Of a stretch of DNA of 33,580 bases, positions 16,501 to 25,299 are shown piece by piece. Each line of letters begins with the position of its first letter. Within the stretch, counting starts at the first letter, position 1. The notes beneath the pieces are model-generated. The model ran no database searches. It was not told where the DNA came from and saw only the letters and a program-made list of their open reading frames with translations. The translations under genes were made by a program, and so were the position numbers. This stretch comes from a virus: the IMG/VR virus record IMGVR_UViG_2529293244_000002; one strand, written 5' to 3'.

Positions 16501-17547
16501 ATGCGAATTTTCAGCAACAGTAGTAGCTCGGCCGACAAAGCCCGAGCCGTTTTGGACGACCTTCCAGAGGGTTCCTCGCCGTTCGAGATCCTCCAGGCAG
16601 TCGATCAAAAAGCAGGCGACGGCGACGTTGACCCTGATGAAGTTGTACAGGAACTGCGCGCGATGAGCGACGAGGTTGACCAGAAACTCGCCAACATCGA
16701 CGGCGCTGGTGTTGACCAAAAAGAGATGCGCGACGCGGCTGGCGCGGTCGCCTCTCGGACGTCGCTATCGACCGAGGATGCGATGACTGTCTTGTCTGCG
16801 ACGGTCAACGCCAGTGAACAGAAGGATGCGTCGGCGCTCGTCGATGCGTTCGACTCCGTCCACGGGAGCGATACCGATCAAAAAGCCGGTGACGGCAACG
16901 CGCAGGAAACAGATGCAGATGCAGACACGACTACGGACACGACTCAGATGAGTGACAACCCGACTGACGATGGTACCGAAATCGATCAAAAGCAAACTGA
17001 CGGTGACATGAACCCACTCGACCTCGTCGAACAGGTCGGCGACTCCGACGCCCGAAGCCTCGTTGAAGACTATGCAGAATCGATGAACAAAGACGTCGAA
17101 GAGGTCGCAGCCGAGTGGATTGCCGAGAACGTCCCCGGTGTGACTGTCGAGGGCTACGGCTCTGACGGCGGAGACGGCGCTGGAGCAGATGCGCCCGCCG
17201 CTGACCAGAACGGAGGTCAGGCACAGCCTCCTGCCGCAACGCAGAACGTTGACCAGATGCTCCAGAGCGCAGAGTTCAACGAGCATGTGGCGGCCGCCAT
17301 CACGAACGACAAAGTCCTCGACGAGATGGCCGGCGCACTCGGCCAGAAGATGGCTGAGGACGACGAGTTCGCTGATCAATTGGTCCAGAAGATGACCGAG
17401 AGTGACGACCTCTCGGACAAGCTCGTCCAGACGGTCGATCAGAAGGGAGACTTCATTTCGACCGGCCAGACCACGGCCACCGCCCCTAGCGGCGAGGCAG
17501 AGACCGTCGGGGCGTCGGGCGCGCTCACTGGGGGTGATGGCGAATGA
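16501..17547 (+). CDS. Putative scaffolding protein with repeated DQK motifs
   Basis: Very acidic, helical, located between protease and MCP; ATG 16501 (TTG 16483 alternative). Confidence 0.7.
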   Translation: MRIFSNSSSSADKARAVLDDLPEGSSPFEILQAVDQKAGDGDVDPDEVVQELRAMSDEVDQKLANIDGAGVDQKEMRDAAGAVASRTSLSTEDAMTVLSATVNASEQKDASALVDAFDSVHGSDTDQKAGDGNAQETDADADTTTDTTQMSDNPTDDGTEIDQKQTDGDMNPLDLVEQVGDSDARSLVEDYAESMNKDVEEVAAEWIAENVPGVTVEGYGSDGGDGAGADAPAADQNGGQAQPPAATQNVDQMLQSAEFNEHVAAAITNDKVLDEMAGALGQKMAEDDEFADQLVQKMTESDDLSDKLVQTVDQKGDFISTGQTTATAPSGEAETVGASGALTGGDGE

Positions 17548-18773
17548 GTGCGCACCCGATGATGAGCTACGCCGGGGGCAACACCCCTGAGCGGTTCATA
17601 GAATCGCACGTGCTTAGCGACGTCCCGATGGACTGGAACGAGGGTCTCCTCCAGCGGGCACAGTACGATACGACGACTGAGGCGCACGTCAACGCGATTT
17701 TCAATGCGACGCTGTACGCCCAGTACAACGACGAACACGAGTGGTACAACGCACTCTCCCAGGTAGACCGGTTCAACGCCTCACTCGAAGGCCCGGTCAC
17801 CGCAAAGGCATTCCGGGCCGCCACCACACCCGTTGACCTCCAGACGCACTCTGAGGGTGGGGTCATCTCGTCCGGCCAGACGATGGGTATCGAACCCGTC
17901 GAGTACGACCCGAAGCGTTCGGAGACCGTCATCGAGGTGTCGGACCTCCAGGAGATCCGTGCGGCCATCGAGGACGCGGTCGGCTTCGAGGAGTTCTGGG
18001 AGCTACAGGAGCAACAACTCGACCTCGCAATCGACCGCGACGGCATCGCTTCGGCGGTCTTCCAAGGTGACACAGCGTACGCGGACGTTGACCAGATCAC
18101 GACGCTCGACCGCGTCATCGCGTCCAGTGACGAGGAAGCCAACGCGACGGACCCCAACGGTAACGCCTACAATGACGGGGACCTCGACTACGGCAGCATT
18201 GACCGGTCGGCAGACTCGTGGGCCGACTCGTTCGTCGATCACAACGGCGCGTCGGGCACTCGCCAACTGACGGCTGGCCTGTTCAGCTCGTTTCTCAACT
18301 CGATGAACGAGTTCGCGGGCGTCGATGTGTTCAACGACACCGCCATCCTCACCGGCCACGACACCGCGGGTGTGCTGTCGGACCTTGCGGCCGACCGGAA
18401 CAACGTCCGAAACGTGGCTGCGATGGCTGACTACGCGCGTGAGAGTGTCGGCGACGCAGAGACCATCCGTGGTCTTTCTGGGACTGCCCGCTACCGCGAC
18501 TTCGACGGCATCCCGATCATAGGCAACCAGCACGCAATCAAGCACGGTGACCTCTCGTCTATCTTCATCGTCCCCACGGACACGATCCGCGGTCAGCCGC
18601 GACTGTCAATCGAGAACTTCGCCGAACCGTACGTCGAGACTGCCGGTCGTGGCCAGTCGCAGGGCTACCTCGCCACCGGCAACTACCGCGACGAGGCGCT
18701 CATGCTCCTCAACCACGAAGTCGTCAACCGCGACTTCGCTTCCTGCGGCCTTCTGCGCGACCTCGCAGAGTAA
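17544..18773 (+). CDS. Major capsid protein (HK97 fold)
   Basis: 409 aa in canonical position; LLQRAQYDTTT..NAIFNATLYAQYN N-terminus; SD GGGGGTGA; ATGA coupling. Confidence 0.85.
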   Translation: MSAHPMMSYAGGNTPERFIESHVLSDVPMDWNEGLLQRAQYDTTTEAHVNAIFNATLYAQYNDEHEWYNALSQVDRFNASLEGPVTAKAFRAATTPVDLQTHSEGGVISSGQTMGIEPVEYDPKRSETVIEVSDLQEIRAAIEDAVGFEEFWELQEQQLDLAIDRDGIASAVFQGDTAYADVDQITTLDRVIASSDEEANATDPNGNAYNDGDLDYGSIDRSADSWADSFVDHNGASGTRQLTAGLFSSFLNSMNEFAGVDVFNDTAILTGHDTAGVLSDLAADRNNVRNVAAMADYARESVGDAETIRGLSGTARYRDFDGIPIIGNQHAIKHGDLSSIFIVPTDTIRGQPRLSIENFAEPYVETAGRGQSQGYLATGNYRDEALMLLNHEVVNRDFASCGLLRDLAE

Positions 18774-18825
18774 CAAACGTGACCGACACAACTACCGCTA
18801 CCACCACTACTACGGAGCGACACTA

Positions 18826-19692
18826 ATGCCAGTCACGACTCTCAAGAGCGCACAGAAATTCGAAGACAAAGGTCACGCCGAAGTCGAATTTGTCGGCTTC
18901 CGCTACACCGGCGACGCGTCGATGAAAGCCGACCTTGACATCCGCGAACGTGCGGGATACAACGGCCCCGCAAAATTCCAACAGGGGCAGGTCTACCTTG
19001 CGTTACTACCGACGTATCTCGACCCTAATCATGTCGAGAACGCCAACATGGGAGTTCACGCCCTCGAAGCCCGCAACGACTTCGAGGTCATCTACGACGC
19101 CAAGCGCCTTGCTGAGGCACTTCTCGAACGCAACTATCTCCCACCAGAGGTCTTCTACGAGGGGTTCGACCGTTACAAGCGAAAGAAGCTCTTCGAGAAG
19201 CTCAGCCTTGACGACCACGGCCGCGTCTTCGGCAAGGACGATGAAGAGCCCTACCGCGACGGACTCCGGGCTATCGCCGGCATCGAGCGCGACGAGGCCG
19301 CAGAGGTCTCCCAACAGCGGACCGACGAGTATATCCAGCGGTTCTCTCGGTCGCAGGCCGCCGACATCGTCCGCACGTTGCAAGCCCCTGCGACCGACCC
19401 TCCCTTCGAACCCAGCGACCACACCATCGACGAACTCGAAGCCAAACTTGAGACCGATGACGACGAGAAGTGGGACGACGAGACACTCGAAGTGCTGTAC
19501 GTCGCCGAACAGAACGGCGATGATCGCGCCGGCGCTCGCAACGCTATCGAAGACGTACTGGGAGACAGCGTTGAGACCGACAGCGTCATCGACCTTGAAA
19601 CGGCTGGCCTCACCGACATGGCCGAGTTCCTCACGCGTTTCGAACCTGATGTCGTCGAGACGACTGTCGCCGAAGTCACCGGCGAGGAGTAA
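18826..19692 (+). CDS. Post-capsid protein with a HeH/Rho-N-like helical module
   Basis: PFEPSDHTIDELEAKL...LYVAEQNGDDRAGARNAIE module; position right after MCP. Confidence 0.6.
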   Translation: MPVTTLKSAQKFEDKGHAEVEFVGFRYTGDASMKADLDIRERAGYNGPAKFQQGQVYLALLPTYLDPNHVENANMGVHALEARNDFEVIYDAKRLAEALLERNYLPPEVFYEGFDRYKRKKLFEKLSLDDHGRVFGKDDEEPYRDGLRAIAGIERDEAAEVSQQRTDEYIQRFSRSQAADIVRTLQAPATDPPFEPSDHTIDELEAKLETDDDEKWDDETLEVLYVAEQNGDDRAGARNAIEDVLGDSVETDSVIDLETAGLTDMAEFLTRFEPDVVETTVAEVTGEE

Positions 19693-19698
19693 GCGTTC

Positions 19699-20403
19699 AT
19701 GTCGTCTGCGACCGACGATGTCCGCTATGCGAGCGCCGACGCTGTCCTTACGGCCGCGAGTGACACAGACCCGTCTACAGCACCGCAATGGGAGCGCGAC
19801 CGGGCAAAACGCCGAGCGGTTGCGGTCACCAAAACGTGGGTCACCGAGACTGGCAAAGCGTTCCATCCTGTTCGAGTCGGCGACCCCAGCGAACCGCGCA
19901 CGTGGCCCGTCTTCGACGTCCAAGACGCCGTCTCGTGGTCGCCGGCGACGGTTCTCCTCGACGAACAACCGCTCCCCATAGACCCCGCCGAAGGCGACGC
20001 TCTCGAAGTGCGCGACGGCCGAAACTCGTGGGACGACGTCACCAGCGAGGAGGGCGACACGTGGACGCTGGACTACCGCCGCAAGCGCTTGCGAATCTAT
20101 CGCCGACGCTTCGTCCGCAAGCCCTGGGACAACCCAAACACGCGCTTCTGCCGGCTAACATATCGCTATGGTCCACTCGACGACACCGTGTCGATGACGG
20201 ACGACGGCCTCGTCGAAAGCGTCCCCGAAGACGTCGTTGAGGCGGTCGCGGCGAAGGCGGCGATGCGTCTCACCCTCGACGATGATGCCACAACGGGCGT
20301 CCCCGACGACGGCCAACTGACGAGTCGCGGGTCGAAACGAGCCGCGCTCAAAGAGGAGTGGGAAGAAACGGTTGCCAACTACACCGGCTTTTCAACACTC
20401 TGA
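19699..20403 (+). CDS. Head-tail adaptor (connector) protein
   Basis: YASADAV N-terminus, YRYG...VPEDVVEAVAAKAA C-terminal helix; gene order. Confidence 0.65.
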   Translation: MSSATDDVRYASADAVLTAASDTDPSTAPQWERDRAKRRAVAVTKTWVTETGKAFHPVRVGDPSEPRTWPVFDVQDAVSWSPATVLLDEQPLPIDPAEGDALEVRDGRNSWDDVTSEEGDTWTLDYRRKRLRIYRRRFVRKPWDNPNTRFCRLTYRYGPLDDTVSMTDDGLVESVPEDVVEAVAAKAAMRLTLDDDATTGVPDDGQLTSRGSKRAALKEEWEETVANYTGFSTL

Positions 20404-20405
20404 CG

Positions 20406-20831
20406 ATGGGATTAGAACTCGAAAACGAATTCGAGGCGCTCGCAGAGCAAGCGCTCCTCTCAAACGTCGCCTCGACGCTTCGCGACGACTATGGGCCGCT
20501 TCTAAAAGACGCCGTCGAGAAGAACTTCAAGGCGTACGCTGCCGCGAACGACTACGATATCTCCTTCATCTGGGACGCCGCTGAGGACCCCGTCGTCAAG
20601 CGCTCCCAGCAGTCGGTCCAGCTCCGCATCGAGTGGCCAGGGCTGACCGCACTCTTCGAACTGGGTGTCGAACCCCACACGATCACCGGTGATCTGCACT
20701 TCTACTGGGAGGCGAAGGACATGTGGATTCAAACCGACTCCGTCAACTGGGGAAGTGAGACCGGCGGTATTCCCGAATCCCGGGCAATCCGAAACGGGCT
20801 CGAGGACCTCCGTCAGGAGATCCAGCGATGA
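20406..20831 (+). CDS. HK97 gp10-like neck/tail completion protein
   Basis: LFELGVEPHTI...LHFYW...GGIPESRAIR pattern; gene order. Confidence 0.6.
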   Translation: MGLELENEFEALAEQALLSNVASTLRDDYGPLLKDAVEKNFKAYAAANDYDISFIWDAAEDPVVKRSQQSVQLRIEWPGLTALFELGVEPHTITGDLHFYWEAKDMWIQTDSVNWGSETGGIPESRAIRNGLEDLRQEIQR

Positions 20832-21298
20832 CGCTCGTCGAAGACGTCCTCGGCTGGATTCAGGCCGACTTCGCGGGCGGTCTTCCCGACGACCTGGAGC
20901 GTGTCAATCGGGACGACTCGAACAAGCTCGACGGCGGGATTCGGTCCCGGAAGCAGGACCTCGCACGTTCGAACCTCGTCGGCGTCGGCTCGGTTCGGAC
21001 GGACCCCACCGCCGTCGGGACCGAGTACGAACACAAGCAAGACGCGATACTCTCTTGCCGCATCGAAGCACTCCACGAAGGCCAGCGCGGCCATATCGCG
21101 GACGGCGACGCGTTCGAGGCCCTCGTCCGAAACGTCAGGCTCGCCATCCTCGCCCACCGCTCGTTCCCACCGACGTCGACGCCGGCGACCTACCACACGC
21201 TCTTCATCGAGAACGAGCGCAACGACTCGAAGATCTACCGCGATTTCTACCAGTACTCGTTTGACATCCGCTTCCGCGGATACGACGACTTCAGCTAA
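20828..21298 (+). CDS. Putative tail terminator
   Basis: 156 aa immediately before the tail tube; C-terminal YSFDIRFRGY strand. Confidence 0.55.
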   Translation: MTLVEDVLGWIQADFAGGLPDDLERVNRDDSNKLDGGIRSRKQDLARSNLVGVGSVRTDPTAVGTEYEHKQDAILSCRIEALHEGQRGHIADGDAFEALVRNVRLAILAHRSFPPTSTPATYHTLFIENERNDSKIYRDFYQYSFDIRFRGYDDFS

Positions 21299-21332
21299 CA
21301 ACCATGCTACCCATACACAGCGGAGGTAAGCG

Positions 21333-22250
21333 ATGAGCGCCGGCGCTGGCAGTTCGACCGTCGCGTTCACGCCCGAGCCGTCGTTTGGGGCCGACCCGGA
21401 CATGGAGACGGCGACGTTCAACCTCCCGTTCAAGAATCCGACTATCGGTGAAGCATCGCTCTCAAACGAACTACGACGTATCCGTGACCCGGACTCGGTC
21501 GTTTCAGTTGCCTCTTTGGCACAGAATTTCCAGGGTGCGCTCAACATCTCAGGAGAACTTTCGACGAACAACTGGCACCAGTTGGTCTTCAACAACGATG
21601 CAAACGACGGCTTCGAACCTGGCCGAATGCCCTCCTCACGATGGTATCTGGGTGTTGATTATCTAACTGACCAAGCGATTGCAACCTCTGAGCGGGAGCT
21701 CGCAATGTGCATCGTCACAGACGCCCAAATCACCTACCAACAGGGAGGGGCCGTGACGCTTGACCTGACGATGATTTACGGTGACGAGAAGCTGTCGTCA
21801 TCAATCACACCGTCGAACATTCAGAAACCGACAGACAGCGAAATCGTCGCATTCCACGGTTTCGACGTCCAGATTGACGGCGTCTCCATCGATAAGCTCC
21901 AGAACGCGACGCTATCGCTGTCACCGAGTGCTCGATTCCACCGTGGGACAAGCCGCCACCCTGTCGATGCTGTTATCGGGGATGTGACGCCGACGCTTTC
22001 GACCACAGGCATCTACTCCGGCCCCGGAGCAGTTGAGCGCGCGTTCGGAGACACAGGTGCAACTACGCCAGCCGACCGTCTCACTGCAGTCAATGGAACC
22101 GTCTCGACGACCAATGGCTCGGGAACGACGACCTCGTACAACCTGACCGGCCTAAAGCCGCAGTCGTACAATTGGCAAGACCTCGTTGCACCCGACACCG
22201 ACCTCACCGACCCCGTGACGTATAATGTAAGCAACGTTACGGTATCCTAA
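21333..22250 (+). CDS. Major tail tube protein
   Basis: 305 aa, beta-rich, GAGSSTVAFTPEPSFG start; position before the chaperone; no sheath gene, so a non-contractile tail. Confidence 0.8.
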   Translation: MSAGAGSSTVAFTPEPSFGADPDMETATFNLPFKNPTIGEASLSNELRRIRDPDSVVSVASLAQNFQGALNISGELSTNNWHQLVFNNDANDGFEPGRMPSSRWYLGVDYLTDQAIATSERELAMCIVTDAQITYQQGGAVTLDLTMIYGDEKLSSSITPSNIQKPTDSEIVAFHGFDVQIDGVSIDKLQNATLSLSPSARFHRGTSRHPVDAVIGDVTPTLSTTGIYSGPGAVERAFGDTGATTPADRLTAVNGTVSTTNGSGTTTSYNLTGLKPQSYNWQDLVAPDTDLTDPVTYNVSNVTVS

Positions 22251-22252
22251 CC

Positions 22253-22801
22253 ATGCCACTCCGAACACAACGCTACGACCTCTCCGACGAGATCGACCGT
22301 ATCGACAACGAAATTGCCGAGCTCAAAGCGACGAAACAAGACCTCACCGACGCCGACGAAGACAAGGCAGATGCCATCAAGAAGGTCAAACAGCGGATAA
22401 CTCAACTTGAATCTCAACAGCGTGGCGCTCGATGGGCACGTGATGAAGCTCACTACTCTCCGAGTGAGGGTGGTATCGAATCCTGGAACCATGCAGTCGA
22501 TAGCATCGAACTTGCGGGTCTAACCGCCGGAGACATGGCTCAGGTCTCGGCTGAGATGACCGTCACACACCACGCAGTCCAACGCATACACATGGTCGCC
22601 CAAGGAACTGAAGACGCACCCTACCACGACGCATCGGCGTCCTACGGCGACCGCGTCGAGGCGGTTGGGAAACTTCCCGTCGCATATATCAGGTGGGCAT
22701 ACAGCCGGGTAGATAGTCTCTCGACAGTGGGAAACACAGAGCGGACCGCCTCCGAGCCTACGCCCAAGGCGACGCGGTCCCAGACGCCGACAAGCGACTG
22801 A
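22253..22801 (+). CDS. Tail assembly chaperone (gpG-like)
   Basis: Between tail tube and TMP; carries an in-frame slippery heptamer near its 3' end. Confidence 0.8.
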   Translation: MPLRTQRYDLSDEIDRIDNEIAELKATKQDLTDADEDKADAIKKVKQRITQLESQQRGARWARDEAHYSPSEGGIESWNHAVDSIELAGLTAGDMAQVSAEMTVTHHAVQRIHMVAQGTEDAPYHDASASYGDRVEAVGKLPVAYIRWAYSRVDSLSTVGNTERTASEPTPKATRSQTPTSD

Positions 22802-22932
22802 CTACCGACTATCTTGTCGGGTTGGCGATGATGCACGGTCATCCACCCGAGCAAGTACGTGAGTACTCGATTCGAGACCTCGAACTGATGCAGATCGTGA
22901 GTAATGCAACGGGAAGTGTGTTGAATGTCTGA
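22729..22932 (+). other. Programmed -1 frameshift site and -1 frame extension (gpGT-like, 226 aa total from 22253)
   Basis: G GGA AAC at 22729-22735 in XXXYYYZ phase; 7-nt spacer; stem GGACCGC/GCGGTCC (22743-22749/22774-22780); -1 frame open to TGA 22930-22932. Confidence 0.85.
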
Positions 22933-24076
22933 GAGCGAGTTCACGGCTGGTGCAGCCCTGCGGGTAGATGTTGACCGGGACAGCCTGCGGCACACCAGAG
23001 ATGTCATCCAAGAGGCCGTTGGTGACCCCGAGGTTGCCGTCCGCCCGGGCGGGTCAACAACCGCCCGCGTTGATGGCGGTTCCAGTAGTGGGATCGGCGG
23101 CGACGTCACGCTCTCGGCCGTTATCGACGGTCTCGAACGCCACGGCGAGCGCCGGTCGAAAGAGGCGGCTCTCAGTCGGCAATTGCAGACGAAGCAAGTC
23201 GATTTACTCAACAAAGTCTGGGAGACAGCAGATGATATTGCCGGCGACGTTGGACAGGGTGATGACCTCCTCGGTGGTGCTGTCAGTGACGTCCTCGTCG
23301 AAGCGGGCGGCGGGGCGGCCGGTGAGGCCGCTGGGTCGCTCCCGAGTATACTCTCCGACATGCTCGGTCCTGCACTCGGGAACGTTCTCGGCAACGTCGT
23401 GTCGGACCTCTTCCCGACTGGCGGTCAGAATGTCCAGATTCAGAAACCAAACTGGGTCCCGCTGTCGGTCACCCGTCCATCGTGGCAGGTCGGCGTAGAC
23501 AAGCCCGACTGGAAAGTTAGTATCAAAGACCTCGGCGACCTCAACGTGGAAGCACCGACACTCGACGTTGAGGAACCAACGCTTGGTGTTGATGATCCGT
23601 CGCCACTCAGCGTCGAGGAGGTCGGCCCACTCGAAGTCGAGGACGTCGACCCTATCGCAGTGTCTACCGTCGGAGGTGGTCGAACAAACCCCCCGAAAAA
23701 GCCCGAATGGGAATACGACCTCGGCTTCATTCCAGAAACAGCGAACGAGTTTGGGGAAGAGGTCCCTGGCGTCGGCCACGCAGTTGGTAGTCTGTTTGGT
23801 CTCGGCGGATTCATCGGAGCGAATCTTCCTGGTTCGTCTAAAAGGAAACAGTACCGAAAAAAACTGGACCAGTACCGAACCGAACAGGCTGTATACGAGG
23901 CCACCGGCGGCGATGGTGGTGACGGATCATCCACTGTCAACATCACAGTCAACCAGGGCGACGTCGTCATCAAAGACGTCGATTTCCAACGTCTTCGGCG
24001 CGAAATGGAACGGAAGAGCCAGAATCAGATCGACAAAGCCATCAGCGACATCAAACGAAAGATCTCCGGGTTGTGA
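22925..24076 (+). CDS. Putative short tape measure protein (383 aa)
   Basis: Follows the chaperone/frameshift; G/A-rich hydrophobic stretches; C-terminal TVNITVNQG...LRREMERK. Unusually short. Confidence 0.6.
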   Translation: MSESEFTAGAALRVDVDRDSLRHTRDVIQEAVGDPEVAVRPGGSTTARVDGGSSSGIGGDVTLSAVIDGLERHGERRSKEAALSRQLQTKQVDLLNKVWETADDIAGDVGQGDDLLGGAVSDVLVEAGGGAAGEAAGSLPSILSDMLGPALGNVLGNVVSDLFPTGGQNVQIQKPNWVPLSVTRPSWQVGVDKPDWKVSIKDLGDLNVEAPTLDVEEPTLGVDDPSPLSVEEVGPLEVEDVDPIAVSTVGGGRTNPPKKPEWEYDLGFIPETANEFGEEVPGVGHAVGSLFGLGGFIGANLPGSSKRKQYRKKLDQYRTEQAVYEATGGDGGDGSSTVNITVNQGDVVIKDVDFQRLRREMERKSQNQIDKAISDIKRKISGL

Positions 24077-24093
24077 TTCTGGTTGCGGGCCGG

Positions 24094-24303
24094 TTACTTC
24101 TTGATATTCACGCTCACGTGCGTCCCTGCGATGTACCGCTTGAACAGATAGTACGCTACTGCAAGGGCGACGGCGAACAACACCACCCCGGCCAGACTCT
24201 GAAAGTACGCAAACAACACGCCCAGGACCACGACCGCTACTGAAAATCCAACAAGTACCCGGACCACCGCCTTCCCAGTCCGGACCCAGTCCACTTCTAC
24301 CAT
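24094..24303 (-). CDS. Small two-TM membrane protein (69 aa), antisense to the tail operon
   Basis: MVEVDWVRTG...; two hydrophobic helices; TATA-like CTTATT on the minus strand about 26-31 nt upstream of ATG 24303. Confidence 0.7.
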   Translation of the reverse strand: MVEVDWVRTGKAVVRVLVGFSVAVVVLGVLFAYFQSLAGVVLFAVALAVAYYLFKRYIAGTHVSVNIKK

Positions 24304-24364
24304 TTTCTGATACTTTCGCCTGACGCTCAATAAGCGTAGCCCTGCAACCACACCAAAAAAATGA

Positions 24365-24607
24365 ATCCAGACAGCTACTCGCCGCGACCAATTCCGCTGT
24401 CAGGATTGCGGAGTCACCCAACCAGAACACATCAAAAAGCACGAACGCAAACTCGACGTACACCACATCGTCCCTGCCCGCCAGTTCGACGACCCCGGGA
24501 AGCGCAACGCAATGGATAATCTTGTCACGTTGTGTCGTGTTTGCCACGCGAAGTGGGAGCGGATGTCCGGCCTTCGCCCCAACACCCGCGAACAGCCCGC
24601 TGACTGA
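24365..24607 (+). pseudogene. N-terminally truncated HNH endonuclease
   Basis: Hand translation RDQFRCQDCG...LDVHHIVPARQFDD...NLVTLCRVCHAKWE; in-frame TGA at 24362-24364 and no start codon. Confidence 0.85.
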
Positions 24608-24661
24608 CTACTGCCACACCGATGACGCCAACTGGCCGAGGACATTCTCAACTTGTTGAGC

Positions 24662-24688
24662 ATGCAGTGGCCCTTTGGGCCACTGCAT
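24662..24688. repeat. Perfect 12-bp hairpin
   Basis: ATGCAGTGGCCC-ttt-GGGCCACTGCAT. Confidence 0.85.
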
Positions 24689-24768
24689 AGAGACGAACGG
24701 CACCTTCTACGGGCGGCTTCGTAGCCAATCCAGTCCAGTTCCGGGGCGATATCGTGGCGATTTAGGGT

Positions 24769-24780
24769 AAAACTTTAACT
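24769..24780 (+). promoter_or_regulatory. BRE/TATA promoter of the TA operon (leaderless)
   Basis: AAAACTTTAACT; TTTAA ends 27 nt before ATG 24806. Confidence 0.6.
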
Positions 24781-24805
24781 CTGTGCCTTCATCCCTAGGA
24801 TAGAG

Positions 24806-24964
24806 ATGGCTACAGACGGCGACTCAGCCCACCCACCGAACGAAGACGACATGCTTCCTGACGAGCGTGCCGCAATCGCGGAACGCCTCAACGAGTTGGA
24901 AGACGATGAGTCGCACCTCACGCTCGACGAGGTCGCGTCGGACCTCGGTATCGAACTCGACTAA
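24806..24964 (+). CDS. RelB-like antitoxin (52 aa; not in ORF track)
   Basis: MATDGDSAHPPNEDDMLPDERAAIAERLNELEDDESHLTLDEVASDLGIELD; acidic, ends in an LTLDEV...LGI motif; 2 nt before the toxin. Confidence 0.8.
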   Translation: MATDGDSAHPPNEDDMLPDERAAIAERLNELEDDESHLTLDEVASDLGIELD

Positions 24965-24966
24965 GC

Positions 24967-25299
24967 GTGCCGCGCGCGCCGTCAAAACTGCGATTTCTCC
25001 CAAGTGCGCGAGACGACCTCACTGATATTCAAACCCACAACCCCGACCACGCAGGGCGGATTTTCCGCAAAATCGCAGACTGGAAGGAGAAAATTGGTTG
25101 GGGCCGCGTCCCCCAACAGCGACTGACGTATCTCTCGGGGTCGGGGGGATACAACTTCTACCGAGAGCGAGTTGGGAATAGCGGCTACCGCGTCATCTAC
25201 GAGATTAGCGGCGATTCGATGACGGTCGTTGCGGTCCTCCCGAAAGGCGACCACACCTACGATTTAGACGAGTTCCGCCGCCGGATGGACCGCGCCTAA
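24967..25299 (+). CDS. relE: RelE/ParE-family toxin
   Basis: LRFLPSARDDL...FYRERVGNSGYRVIYEI...VVAVLPK layout. Confidence 0.85.
   Translation: MPRAPSKLRFLPSARDDLTDIQTHNPDHAGRIFRKIADWKEKIGWGRVPQQRLTYLSGSGGYNFYRERVGNSGYRVIYEISGDSMTVVAVLPKGDHTYDLDEFRRRMDRA

Noticed and set aside
13501-19968. Long minus-strand ORFs (13501-14307, 15567-16538, 16765-17379, 19006-19968)
   Set aside because: Antisense shadows of high-GC coding genes with V/L/R-rich, non-haloarchaeal composition.
24361-24519. ATG at 24361 as the HNH start
   Set aside because: It is in a different frame from the HNH motifs; the HNH frame has an in-frame TGA immediately upstream.
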